The position numbers and the translations under genes are program-made. Below the pieces are notes generated by a model that saw only the letters and a list, made by a program, of their open reading frames with translations, searched no databases and was not told the origin of the DNA. Shown piece by piece: positions 28,111 to 39,830 of a DNA stretch of 64,000 bases. This DNA comes from Octopus bimaculoides (lineage: Eukaryota), in assembly GCF_001194135.2 (NCBI RefSeq), contig NC_068987.1:55042270-55106269 (forward strand), written 5' to 3'. The first letter of the stretch is position 1; every line of letters begins with the position of its first letter.

Positions 28111-28991
28111 GGTGTGATAGGTAAATTGTCAGGATTTTGTATTTTTAATTTCACGTATGTGTACTGTTTGTTTTTGATTTTGTCGACTACACAGTATAGT
28201 AGGAGGTCAGTTGGGCACCATCTGTGAGAAAAACAGCACCCTGATACATTTCACTTTGCCAGAAATTTGGAAACGATTACCTGGTATTCATGCCAGAAAC
28301 TCCAGTACAAACAGATGGTGAACACACAGAACAACCATTGCTTTGCTGTGTCCTCAAAACATGTACCAAGAATGATAAAAATCAAACATCCAGTCAACAT
28401 CATGGGGTTTGGAGTAATCACTAGTGATGATGGCATTCTCCATTCATCTTCTCACACGGCCTCAGACTCAACATTGGAGGCCTACATGAAGTGCCTGGAG
28501 GAGGTAGTGCTGCCCTGGGTCAAGAGGGTGGCTGCTGGAAGACCCTATGTCTGGCAACAGGACTCTGCACCATGCCAGACAAGTAGAAGAACCCAGTCAT
28601 GGCTGTCAGACAATTTCTGCAACCACATCACCCCTAATATCTAGCCACCTAACTCCCCAGACTGCAGCCCCCTTGATTATTATGTGTGGAGCAAAGTTGA
28701 ACGAGAGACCAATAAAACTCTTTGTAACACCAAAGATGAACTGAAGGCAAGGATTGACAACATTCACTTCCTTAAACAAGGAGATCATCCAGAAGAGTTG
28801 CAGGAGATTCTGAAGTCGTCTGGAGGCTGTGGTTGAATCCAACGGGGATTTTATTAAATAAATTTACTCTTTAGTATTTCAAGATATTTTTATGTAATTT
28901 TGGTAAATATATCTGTTAAAATGAGATATCAGTGTTATTTTCATTTTTGCGTAATTTAGACACTAATATATTCACTGCACCCTCTGTGTGT

Positions 28992-29033
<42 letters not shown>

Positions 29034-29235
29034 GTGTGTATGTATATATAATGTATATGTATGTATGTATACATACACACACATAAATGACAGGCTTCTT
29101 TCAATTTCTGCCTACCAGATCCACTCGCAGGTCTTTGATTGACCAAGGTGTATAGTAAGAGCCACTTGCCCAAGGTGTTATACAGTGGAACTTAACCCAG
29201 AACCATATGGCTGGGAAGTGAACTTCTTGCCACAC
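27830..29235 (-). mobile_element. S1 SINE split by the maT insertion (head 28990-29235, tail 27830-28105)
   Basis: The reverse complement gives the S1 head, microsatellite, the maT element, (TG)n, then the (GAT)n-type tail. Confidence 0.8.
28106..28986 (+). mobile_element. Internally deleted DD37D (maT-type) Tc1/mariner element, 881 bp, inserted in the internal microsatellite of a SINE
   Basis: Ends CAGAGGGTG...CACCCTCTG. The transposase relic reads VWQQDSAPCQTSRRTQSWLSDNFCNHITPNI*PPNSPDCSPLDYYVW, with 37 residues between the 2nd and 3rd D. The N-terminal part and D1 are missing. Confidence 0.88.
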
Positions 29236-30481
29236 AGAACAGATTTGACAAATTGTGCCTGTCATACCTCTCTGACAAATGATTTGTAATGTTTTTGAAG
29301 CAGTGGCAACAGAGACTTAAGAGCAGGTTATGAAGTTAAATTTCCTTGAAACGTTACTGCTTTACCATACTGTCTTTGCTGTGAAAATGGTGGTGACAGG
29401 GTAGTAATTGTTATAATCATAATATTATTATTATAAATACATTTAAAATCATCACTGTCATCACCACTACAATTATCAACATTATCACTTCTATTCTTGT
29501 TGCCATCACCTCCAATGACCATAAGTATATGAACCAATGAGGTTGCTTTCATGTAGACACTCAACATGTTAGAAATAGCAGTCAAATCTCCTTCAAACTA
29601 TTGTACTATCTTTCAGAAAATGTGCCTGCTGGATTATGTATTCTTGGGTTTGTTGCACATAAGGAAAAAGGCTGGTTGGTTAAGACTGGAATGCCTTCAG
29701 CTATAGGGCTGTTCAGTTGGTGGGTAGCGGGTGATTAGGGGTTAAATTGTAGCAGACATATCTCCATGAGCCATCAAGAATACAGACTACCATATGATAT
29801 CTCAGTCAGAAATAGCAACCAAATATTTCTCGGATCTCATGGATGGACTATGTCTGAATAAAAAAAATATGATGATGATCATGGCTGGAACACCTGATAA
29901 TAGATTTTGAATTTGTTTAATTAGTGATGACGTGGAGTTTAAGCAGCAACTATACACCCCCACCACAATGATTTGTAGTTTGAAGAATAACATAGAATAT
30001 AACATCTGCTTGCAGAGATTCCATGAATCTCTGTATTTGCAGAACCATCCAATTTATGCTTAATTCCCCCCCCCCCGCCACACACGCATGTATATAAAAG
30101 AGGTAGGGAGAGAAGGGTAAGTGGCAGAAAGGGGGTGCAAGTTGGGAAGTTGATTGATGAGTGAGTGAAAGTAAGTAAGTTATTCAGACAGAAAATATAT
30201 TTTTGGTACTATTGTTGGTTTGGTGTTAACTTCTGTTGCAGTTTAAGCATTGGAATCTCAGACATAAGACTTGTCCGATCTAATGAAGAAAAGAAAAAAA
30301 AAACATTTTCAACAAACAGAAAATAACTATATATATAAAAAAAAATCTGAAAATATTATGATTACAAAATGAATGACTGAAGAAATTTTGGCACTTATGA
30401 CTATGGATATGTATGTATGTCTGTGTGTATATATATGTATACATCTATATTTTCATTTTGCTATTCTTTGTCTTTTTTCAG

Positions 30482-30553
30482 GAGGCTCAGTTTCAGAGAT
30501 TATCTGAAAAACTTGACGTTGAAAGACAACCCGTAGCCAACAAATTGAAAAAG
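30482..30553 (+). CDS. CTNND2: Coding exon of a p120/delta-catenin family gene (CTNND2/PKP4/ARVCF/CTNND1-like), N-terminal coiled-coil motif, 72 nt, phase 0-0
   Basis: Polypyrimidine acceptor ttcattttgctattctttgtcttttttcag|GAG and donor AAG|gtattt. Translates to EAQFQRLSEKLDVERQPVANKLKK, matching the family motif as I recall it (ELQF[E/Q]RLTRELExERQIVASQLER; EAQF in p120). It starts at the usual boundary after ...SVKEQ. The symbol indicates family only; exact orthology was not tested. Confidence 0.85.
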
Positions 30554-30810
30554 GTATTTAGCAAACATTAAGAATTTTATTTACTTAAATACATAAATAA
30601 ATATATGTCTATATAAATATGCATGTTTTTTTTTTTTTTTAATCATCTGAAGTTACAAAGTTACTTTGTTACTTGATAAGTGCCACATGAACAAAACTCT
30701 TGGTCCTTGAGTCACTTTGTAATTTCTGCCTATTAAAAATTTTTTTAAAATGGTATATATTCATCTTTTGAGTTCTGTTTACCTTATCTGTACTAAAAAA
30801 GGTAAAAACT

Positions 30811-31095
30811 CTCTTCAGTCATGAATAACCATGGGATTGCTCCTAGAAAGGTTACCCTCTGAGGCACAAGTCTGTTTATGGAAGACCAGAAGTCGCCCAC
30901 ACATACCAGCCTCCCCTCTCCATGCCACCAATGCTATCAAAGGAAAAGGCCAATACAACTTGGCACCAGTGATGTTGCAACTCATTTCTACAGCTGAGTG
31001 AACTGGAGCAGTGTGAGATAAAGTGAGTTGCTCTCTGTCGAGGAATCAAACTCACTACCTCATAATTGTGAGCCTGACACTCAAACCATTGAGCC
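30811..31095 (-). mobile_element. Same CORE-type SINE family, antisense copy about 260 nt downstream of the coiled-coil exon; partial copies at about 44200-44540(-)
   Basis: The reverse complement aligns by eye with 23821-24143 over head, CORE and tail. Confidence 0.8.
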
Positions 31096-33179
31096 ATGCA
31101 CCTTACTGTACTACCAGACCTGTAAAATATGCAAGCATAAATGTGTGAATATATGTGGGTGAGAGAGTATGTGTCATGTTCATCTGCCAGAGTAACAAGG
31201 ACCATCTAGACATCCTATGAGATGATTGATGACGTTCATGATAACTTTGTTTAAAATGAAGAGTTGTGCACCAACAACCTTACTTTCTTGCCTGTGATCA
31301 TCTTCAATCCAATGGCAAGACCAGGTCAAGATGACTGGGAACAGAGACAGATGCTGGGGATGACAAATATGTCTTACTTGCCACACCTTGCTCTCTACAT
31401 TTTACAATGTGTTGCTGTAGCCACTTTCTCTTCCATTGAACCATGAAGGTTTCTTCTGCAAAGTCCACTGGATCCAATCTTCACACGCATAAGTAGGCAA
31501 ACCCTAATATGCCAATCAACATTTGTGGGGAAAGGTTTGTTTGGTAAAATCTGTAAAGGAATTTCTCAAGACTTCACTGAAAAACTCCAGCATTGATCCA
31601 GAATCATTGAAAAAAACCCTTATTGGTGAAAGATCTATGTGATGTAATTTCTGCTATAGTATCTTAAGTAAGCCAAGAGCAGGAGCTAGGATTAAACATC
31701 TATTACAGGCATACCACAACTTATGTTGGTAATTGATTCCAAAACATCTGAATTAACTCAAAAAAATTTAAATAATGTGAGAAAACATTTAAAAACATTT
31801 ATTAGCTTATATCTGTTTTGAGACATGAAATACTTGTCACTGATAAGAACAACTTTGTGTATATGTGTACATACACACGCGCACACATATTGTGTGTGTG
31901 TATCTATAATATAGTGTGTGGTGCTAATGCCATGTAAAAAGCACCCTGTACACTCTGTAAAGTGGTTGGTATTATGAAGGGCATCCAGCTGTAGAAATTG
32001 TGCCAGAACAAATAATGAAGCCTGGTGCAGCTCCTGGTTTTACCAGTTCCTATCAAGCCGTCCTACCCATACCAGCATGGAAAACAATCATTAAATGATG
32101 ATGATGATGATGTTGTTTGTACATATTTTCACATGCATTTTATTTAATTTTCCACTGCAGTATTGATTTTTAGGTGTTTATATTATTTTTTTTTTTAAGT
32201 TTTATGTTTTTAAATATGTTTTCTGAGACTGACAATAAATCAAATAAATTGACTGAAGTTGAAGTTTACCTTTTCCATTAATTTCTTAAAAAGAAAAAGA
32301 ATAACAAACAAACAAGACTGTACAAGCTGTAAAAGATGTAACATGAAACAACTTAAGTTGAGGTATGCCTGTATATGCCCATGAATGAAAAGACAAAAAA
32401 ATAAACTCTTCTTGATTACTCTTGGATACATCCATGAATGATGTCATAGTTTTCATACACAAATATATGTAATGTGTGTGTGTGTGTTAGAGATGATTGA
32501 ATGTGTATGCAATGACATATTACTTCTTTGCTGCCATCCACCAAACAAAATGTTACTAAGTTACTGAGTGAGAATAATGTGATGTCCTAAACTAAAATTT
32601 GGACAAGGGGCTGAGGGGAAAGAATATGCTGAAAATAAACGAGGTGTATAAAGGCTGTATACTAAAATTGTACTTATTTCACTTAATCAAGCTAAAATCA
32701 TAAACATTGTTTTTAACACCCCCTAACCCCCTCCCCTCTAATCACACTTCTATTAACTTTGATTTCTACACCAAACACAGCACTACTCTGAATTATTCAA
32801 CAGATCACACTTAAAATTCATCTGTAATTTTGTGCACTTGTTGACCGTTTGTTTATGTTTGTGTGTGTGGGAATGTAACTCTGTTTTGAATACTTATATG
32901 TAGTTGGTGGCTGTACAAGTTTCACTACATTTCTAGTGCATAAATTTTCATCTATGAATACATCATCACCACATGCAACACATTATAAGAAGCGTGTGTG
33001 TGTATGTATGTGTATATATATATATATAAAGTTGACCAGTAAAGTAGACATTTAATATGCTAGAAATAGACCACATGTTGTGTCTACTAAGACCTAGTAG
33101 TTCTCAAAAGAAATTCAGCGAAATACCAAACCGTAAGCGAGCAAGACATTGAAAATTACATACATAAAATTAAAAAGTT

Positions 33180-33248
33180 ATTCGCGGACCAAAGTTTCGG
33201 AGTTAAAAATCTCTTACCGAGAAAATCTGCTCCATCTTCAGCGCGAAC
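33180..33248 (-). ncRNA. Minimal type-I hammerhead ribozyme candidate within a Penelope-like LTR fragment (about 33030-33275)
   Basis: Minus strand: stem I GTTCGCG/CGCGAAT, core CTGAAGA plus one extra T, stem II GGAG/CTCC, GAAA, stem III AC-[TTTG]-GT, cleavage triplet GTC (cut predicted between 33187 and 33186). Confidence 0.7.
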
Positions 33249-36200
33249 TGCTAGTCATAATTCTCAGAATCTTACACAAGTTGTTCACCGCTAGATATGT
33301 ATATATATATATCTCTGTTAAACAATGATTATATATGTGTGTGTTGATTCTCAAGCTCATGGTCTTTGGTTCAGTTCTACAGCTTGTCACCTTGGGCAAA
33401 CAAACCTGGGTCAAACAAAGCCTTCTGAGTGGATTTGGTTGATGGAAACATAAAGAAGCTTGTGTGTCTGCATGCATATTTGTGTTTCCTTGTCATGACA
33501 TTGCTTGTTAGCTGTAAATGAGCATCACCATCAAATAAGTGGTGCCCTTTATTTCCAATTTTCCTGGAAAACTTGTCTGGCAAAGGAAAAATGTCACCTT
33601 ATTTAGGAACAGGTGTGGGTTGATGTCAAGAAGGGCATCTGGCCATAGAAATTTTGCCTCAACATGCTTTGCTCAACCCATGTGAGCATGAAAAAGTGAA
33701 CATCAAAATGATGATGATCACACATTTCACCATACTTAAAAGTTATGCTCATTTTTCATATAAATTGTTGACATCAGGCATGGCTGTGTGATAAGAAATT
33801 TGCCTACCAACCACATGGTTTCAGGTTCAGCTGCACTGCATGGCACCTTGGGTAAGTGTCTTCTACTACAACCTCAGGTTGACCAAAGTCTTGTGAGTGG
33901 GATTTGGTAGATGGAAACTGAAAGAAGCCCATCATGTGTGTGTTTGTCCTTCACTGCTTGACAACTGGTGTTGGTGTATTTACATCCCCATAACTTAACA
34001 AAAGGTGAATGATAGAAATAAGTACCAGGCTTAAAATAAATATAAAGAGTGGAGTCGATTTGTTCAACTAAAATTCTTCACGGTGGTGCCCAGCATGACC
34101 ACAGGCTCATGACTGCAACAAGTAAAAGATGAAAGAACATCATAAGAATTTAGAAACTTTGAGAGAACATGACATCTTTTTTGGAACTATGAAATTCAAA
34201 GCAGATAAAGCTGCAAATAACAGAATATTATAAATATTGGATTTAAAAACCTTTGAATTTTTCTATCCAAAAGCAGCAATTTTTTTTAACACCATATTTA
34301 CATTGTATTATTTGTCGTTTTATCTGCTTCAAGCTTCACCATTCCAAAGCAAAAAAAAAAAAAAATACGTATGTGTGAACTTCATTATAGTTGCTAAAAT
34401 ATGTGAAGTACAATAGATTACTACTGCATCCATGTCTCCCCTGGGATGCACTGTCAACTGTTGCTGGAGCTGTATTGTTAAAAAGCAGTGCATGTTCTGT
34501 GTGTGATTATTGTTCAGAAAGATTGAAAAAAACACTATATGAGAACATATAAAAGAAAGGAAGAAAAAAAGCTGTTTGATAAATTTATCTTTCACAGTCT
34601 TTCTCACCTCCACTTTTCTGTCTTTATTCATCTCTGTCTCCTCTCCACTTTCTCACTTTTGCTGCCTCTCTCTTACACTTTCTTTATTCACCCTCCCCCT
34701 TTCTCTCTCACTCACCTTCTGTCTCTCTCCCATCACTTCCTCTCTGTCTTTTTCCTTCCCATTTCTTGTCTTTTACCATCTTTCTTAGAATATATGCCTA
34801 TGTAAGCATCATATTCGAATATAGCCATGTGTTATTGTCATAGAAGTGGAGGCGCAATGGCCCAGTGGTTAGGGCAGCGGACTCGCGGTCGTAGGATCGC
34901 GGTTTCGATTCCCAGACCGGGCGTTGTGAGTGTTTATTGAGCGAAAACACCTAAAGCTTCACGAAGCTCCGGCAGGGGATGGTGGTGAACCCTGCTGTAC
35001 TCTTTCACCACAACTTTCTCTCATTCTTACTTCCTGTTTCTGTTGTACCTGTAATTCAAAGGGTCAGCCTTGTCACACTGTGTCACGCTGAATATCCCCG
35101 AGAACTACGTTAAGGGTGCACGTGTCTGTGGAGNNNNNNNNNNNNNNNNNNNNNNNNNNNNNNNNNNNNNNNNNNNNNNNNNNNNNNNNNNNNNNNNNNN
35201 NNNNNNNNNNNNNNNNNNNNNNNNNNNNNNNNNNNNNNNNNNNNNNNNNNNNNNNNNNNNNNNNNNNNNNNNNNNNNNNNNNNNNNNNNNNNNNNNNNNN
35301 NNNNNNNNNNNNNNNNNNNNNNNNNNNNNNNNNNNNNNNNNNNNNNNNNNNNNNNNNNNNNNNNNNNNNNNNNNNNNNNNNNNNNNNNNNNNNNNNNNNN
35401 NNNNNNNNNNNNNNNNNNNNNNNNNNNNNNNNNNNNNNNNNNNNNNNNNNNNNNNNNNNNNNNNNNNNNNNNNNNNNNNNNNNNNNNNNNNNNNNNNNNN
35501 NNNNNNNNNNNNNNNNNNNNNNNNNNNNNNNNNNNNNNNNNNNNNNNNNNNNNNNNNNNNNNNNNNNNNNNNNNNNNNNNNNNNNNNNNNNNNNNNNNNN
35601 NNNNNNNNNNNNNNNNNNNNNNNNNNNNNNNNNNNNNNNNNNNNNNNNNNNNNNNNNNNNNNNNNNNNNNNNNNNNNNNNNNNNNNNNNNNNNNNNNNNN
35701 NNNNNNNNNNNNNNNNNNNNNNNNNNNNNNNNNNNNNNNNNNNNNNNNNNNNNNNNNNNNNNNNNNNNNNNNNNNNNNNNNNNNNNNNNNNNNNNNNNNN
35801 NNNNNNNNNNNNNNNNNNNNNNNNNNNNNNNNNNNNNNNNNNNNNNNNNNNNNNNNNNNNNNNNNNNNNNNNNNNNNNNNNNNNNNNNNNNNNNNNNNNN
35901 NNNNNNNNNNNNNNNNNNNNNNNNNNNNNNNNNNNNNNNNNNNNNNNNNNNNNNNNNNNNNNNNNNNNNNNNNNNNNNNNNNNNNNNNNNNNNNNNNNNN
36001 NNNNNNNNNNNNNNNNNNNNNNNNNNNNNNNNNNNNNNNNNNNNNNNNNNNNNNNNNNNNNNNNNTATATATATATATATATATGCACTTCTTAGTATAT
36101 TTAAGTTTTATTTCTGTTAGATCTAGAAGAAAAATTTTCAACTTTGTATTTATATATTATATATATTATATTTTATCTTACACTTTTTGCAATTCCTTAA

Positions 36201-39200
36201 TTATATCTTTTGATTAGGTCTTTTCTTAGTTAATGGGATGGGCAGAACTGAAAGTTCTTGGTCTGTATTATTATTTTTATTGTTATTATTCAGGCGGTGA
36301 GCTAGCTGACTCATTAGCATGCTGGGCGAAATGCTCAAGAGGTGTTTTGTCCATCACACATTCTGAGTCAAAATTCTGCTGAGGTTGACTTTGCCTTTCA
36401 TCCTTTCAGGGTCAATAGAATAAGTACCAGTTGAGCACTGGGGTCAGTGTAATCAGCTTAGACNNNNNNNNNNACTGGGGTCAGTGTAATCAGCTTAGAC
36501 CCCCCCCCCTGAACATGCTGGCCTTGTGCCAGGATTTGCAATTATTATTATCATTATTATTATTAAGGCAGTGAGCTGGTAGAATGCCAGGCAAAATGTC
36601 TACCACCATTTCGTCTGTCTTTATGTTTGAGTTCAAATTCCGTCAAGCTCAATTTTGTCATTCATCCTTTTAGGGTCGATAGATTAAGTACCAGTTGAAC
36701 ACTGAGGTTGATGTAATCGACTTACTCCCACCTAGGAAATGGTGGCCTTGTGCCAAAATTTGAAACCAGTATTGCTGTAGACGTTAATTTTTAAGGCAGA
36801 ATAGTTAGCATATCAGGTAAAATGCTTAGCGCCATTTCATCCGTCCTTATATTCTAAGTTCAAAATCAGCCATGGTCAACTTTGCCTTTCATCCTTTTAG
36901 GATTGATGAAATAAGTACCAGTTGAACACTGGGGTCAATATAATCAACTGAAGTCATGCACCTTCACTCTCTGAACTGTAGAGAAAAGGAATAGAGAAAG
37001 CGATAGAGAAAGGAAAGCATCAGTCATTTACAATGACAATTAGACTGGGATCTAGTTTTTTTTTCATTCGTAAAATATGCATTTTTTTAAAAGGCAATCA
37101 AAAATCTGAATCAATTATAATAATGTAGCCTTCCAGTCTCATTGCTTTGAAAGTATGATGTTGAGGAGAAATAAAATTGGAGAAAAATGTTACAGAGGTT
37201 TAAAAATCAAAGAAAACCATATATTTTTAGCCAATAGCGAGACAGAAATTTTCTGCATTGAGCAGAGCGGTGTCAACTTTTAAGATTGTACCTTGTGAAA
37301 TTTAGAGTTTAGCATCTGACCTGTTCATTGTAGGTTTCTAAATAAACAGAAATACCTAATATAATCAACATGTTTCATTGATTATATTGTTTTTTTTTAA
37401 ATTTGTAATATTAATATATTTGTCTGCTTGTGTTTACTTTATGCATATTTCAGTATTACGATTACCTGTCATGTATTAGTGTACATCATTAATATATGTG
37501 TGTGTGTGTGTGTGTGAAAAGGTGAGGCGTCTGTCTCAAAAACTTCACAGTTGAGTAAAGTTTTCATGCTTGGATTTGTAAACTACGATAAGAATAACAC
37601 TGGTTAACAAAGAATTTCTCTGAAGAAAACGTATACCTGTATCTTATGTTTTTGTGAAATGTTCTTAATTAGCAATGCACCTTCTGCTATTAATGCTGAA
37701 TTACTGATTATATTTACAGTAATTAATGCTGGGAGAAATCACCTTAATTTGCAATAAAAATACTTTTAAAAAATGAAGGTAAGCAGCACTAATAACAGTG
37801 AACCACAGCGCAGCATGTGTTTGTCATGGTAACAAGCTGCTAATGCTACGCTGTCTGTTGATTGGCTAAAGTTATCCAAATTTCCTAACTTTAATGCCAA
37901 ATAACATCAGATTCTTTAATTTACGAGATAAAGTAACTGGTGATTGCAATCAAAATTCAGAGTTGCATCGATACAACAAAATTGAAAATGATCTGAACAA
38001 AATTAAGGGGGACTCATTTTGCGAACGAGAAAGACCAGATCCTTAAACTGAAATACGATCAATCTTTTCTAGCTTCTTTACTTTTAACAGTGAAGAGGGA
38101 AAACATTTGGTAATGAATAGAAGGAAAGTCTTTCAGGTATTTGCCTTCTTATTCTGGTAGTTCTAGAACAGTCGAGTGTTAGTTCTCTCCTCTTCCCCCC
38201 TCCCCCTGATACTTATTTTGCCTTCTTTCATAGTTCATTTAGTTGGTGGGGAAAGGCCATATTTTCTTCAGGCACATTTAACGTTTTCTCTGCAAACTAC
38301 AAACAAGCCTCTCTCCCTTTTTATTTTTTCATACAAAAACTAATGTAAATTTCGAACGGGGTATAGCTGTGAAAAGAGTCCATAGAAATGGATAACACCC
38401 CATACAAAATGGGTGGAGGAGAAAAGTTGCCAACAGGTGGCTACACGAAATTCAACTGTATACTTTAAAGAGTGTCTTCTACTATAACCTTGGGCCGACC
38501 AAAGCCATATGAGTGAATTTGGTTGGCAGAAACTGAAAGAAACCTGTCATATATATGCATATACTTATGTGTTTGTGTCTGTGTTTGTCCCCTCACCACC
38601 ATTGTTTGACAGCTGATGGTGTGTTTGCGTCACCATAACTTAGCTGTTCGGCAGAAGAGACATAGAATATGCACCAGGCTTACAGGGAATAAGTCTAGGG
38701 GTCTATTTCTTCAACTAAAGGGCGATGCTCCAGCATAGCCACCATCATATGACTGAAACTGATAAAAGAATAACAGAACATTCCGTACCACTAAACCAAG
38801 AAGGTTCTTTGAATATGTACGATGTATTTTAAGTCTAAAAAGTAATTCTGTTTACGTTTGCATAACTCAGATATTTTGGTTGGATTATAGAGTTATCAGT
38901 TTTTACACTTCTTTCTATATTCTGTAACTGTCACAATATAGAAACATTTCTCATGGCACCAGCACGCAATTTGCAATTTGTTTTCTGTGAATTTTTCACA
39001 GGCCCAGCTAGTTATTATTATTGAGGCAGTGCGCTGGCAGAATCGTTAGCATACCAAGCAAAATGCTTTGCAGCGTTTTGCCAGTCTTTACATTCTGAGT
39101 TCAAATTCCACAAAAGTCAACTTTGCCTTTCATCCTTCCAAGGTTAATAAAATTAGTACCAGATGAGCACTAGAGTTAGTTGATGTAATCGACTTAACCA

Positions 39201-39243
39201 CCAATCTTCCTGAGCTTGCTGGCCTTGTGCTAAGATTTGAAAC

Positions 39244-39276
<33 letters not shown>

Positions 39277-39474
39277 CTAAAGTGACAACTGGCAGAATTG
39301 TTATCACGTCAGGCAAAATTCTTAGCAGCGTTTCATCCATCCTTACATTCTGAGTCCAAAATTTCACCCAGGTCATCTTAGCTTTTCATCCTTTTGGGGT
39401 TGATGTAATCATCTAGCCCCTGTCTTCAAATTTCAGGCCATGTGCCTATCATAAAAAGAATTATCTAAGGCAAT

Positions 39475-39830
39475 CATCATCATCATTATCATCGTTTAAC
39501 GTCCGCTTTCCATGCTAGCATGGGTTGGACGATTTGACTGAGGACTGGTGAAACCAGATGGCTACACCAGGCTCCGATCTGATTTAGCAGAGTTTCTACA
39601 GCTGGATGCCCTTCCTAACGCCAACCACTCTGAGAGTGTAGTAGGCGCTTTTACGTGTCACCCGCACGAAGGCCAGTCAGGCGGTACTGGCAACGGCCAC
39701 GCTCAAAATGGTGTATTTTATGTGCCACCCGTACAAGAGCCAGTCCAGGGGCACTGGCAACGATCTCGCTCGAAAGTCCTTACACATGCCACGGGCACAA
39801 GTGCCAGAAAGGCGACGCTGGGCACCAGCA
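39475..39830 (-). mobile_element. Young RTE-type 3' UTR copy with tandem hairpin modules; shorter copies at about 6280-6478(-), 6828-6955(+), 7265-7425(+), 9660-9915(+), 10480-10860(+), 17480-17670(+), 31920-32110(+) and 48020-48170(-)
   Basis: Near-identical to the 48178-48356 LINE tail, CpG-rich, ending in (GAT)n. Confidence 0.8.

Noticed and set aside
31500-31640. KTSLKNSSIDPES, resembling the RTE ORF2 C-terminus
   Set aside because: It is too short and too decayed to call by eye. It needs TBLASTN or an HMM search.
34846-34920. tRNA-like sequence with A and B boxes (also 57287, 23821 and the S1/S2 heads)
   Set aside because: Each continues into a repeat body and tail, some with TSDs. They are SINE heads, not tRNA genes.
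36447-36500. 27-bp duplication on both sides of the 10-N gap
   Set aside because: This is a typical unmerged contig overlap artefact.
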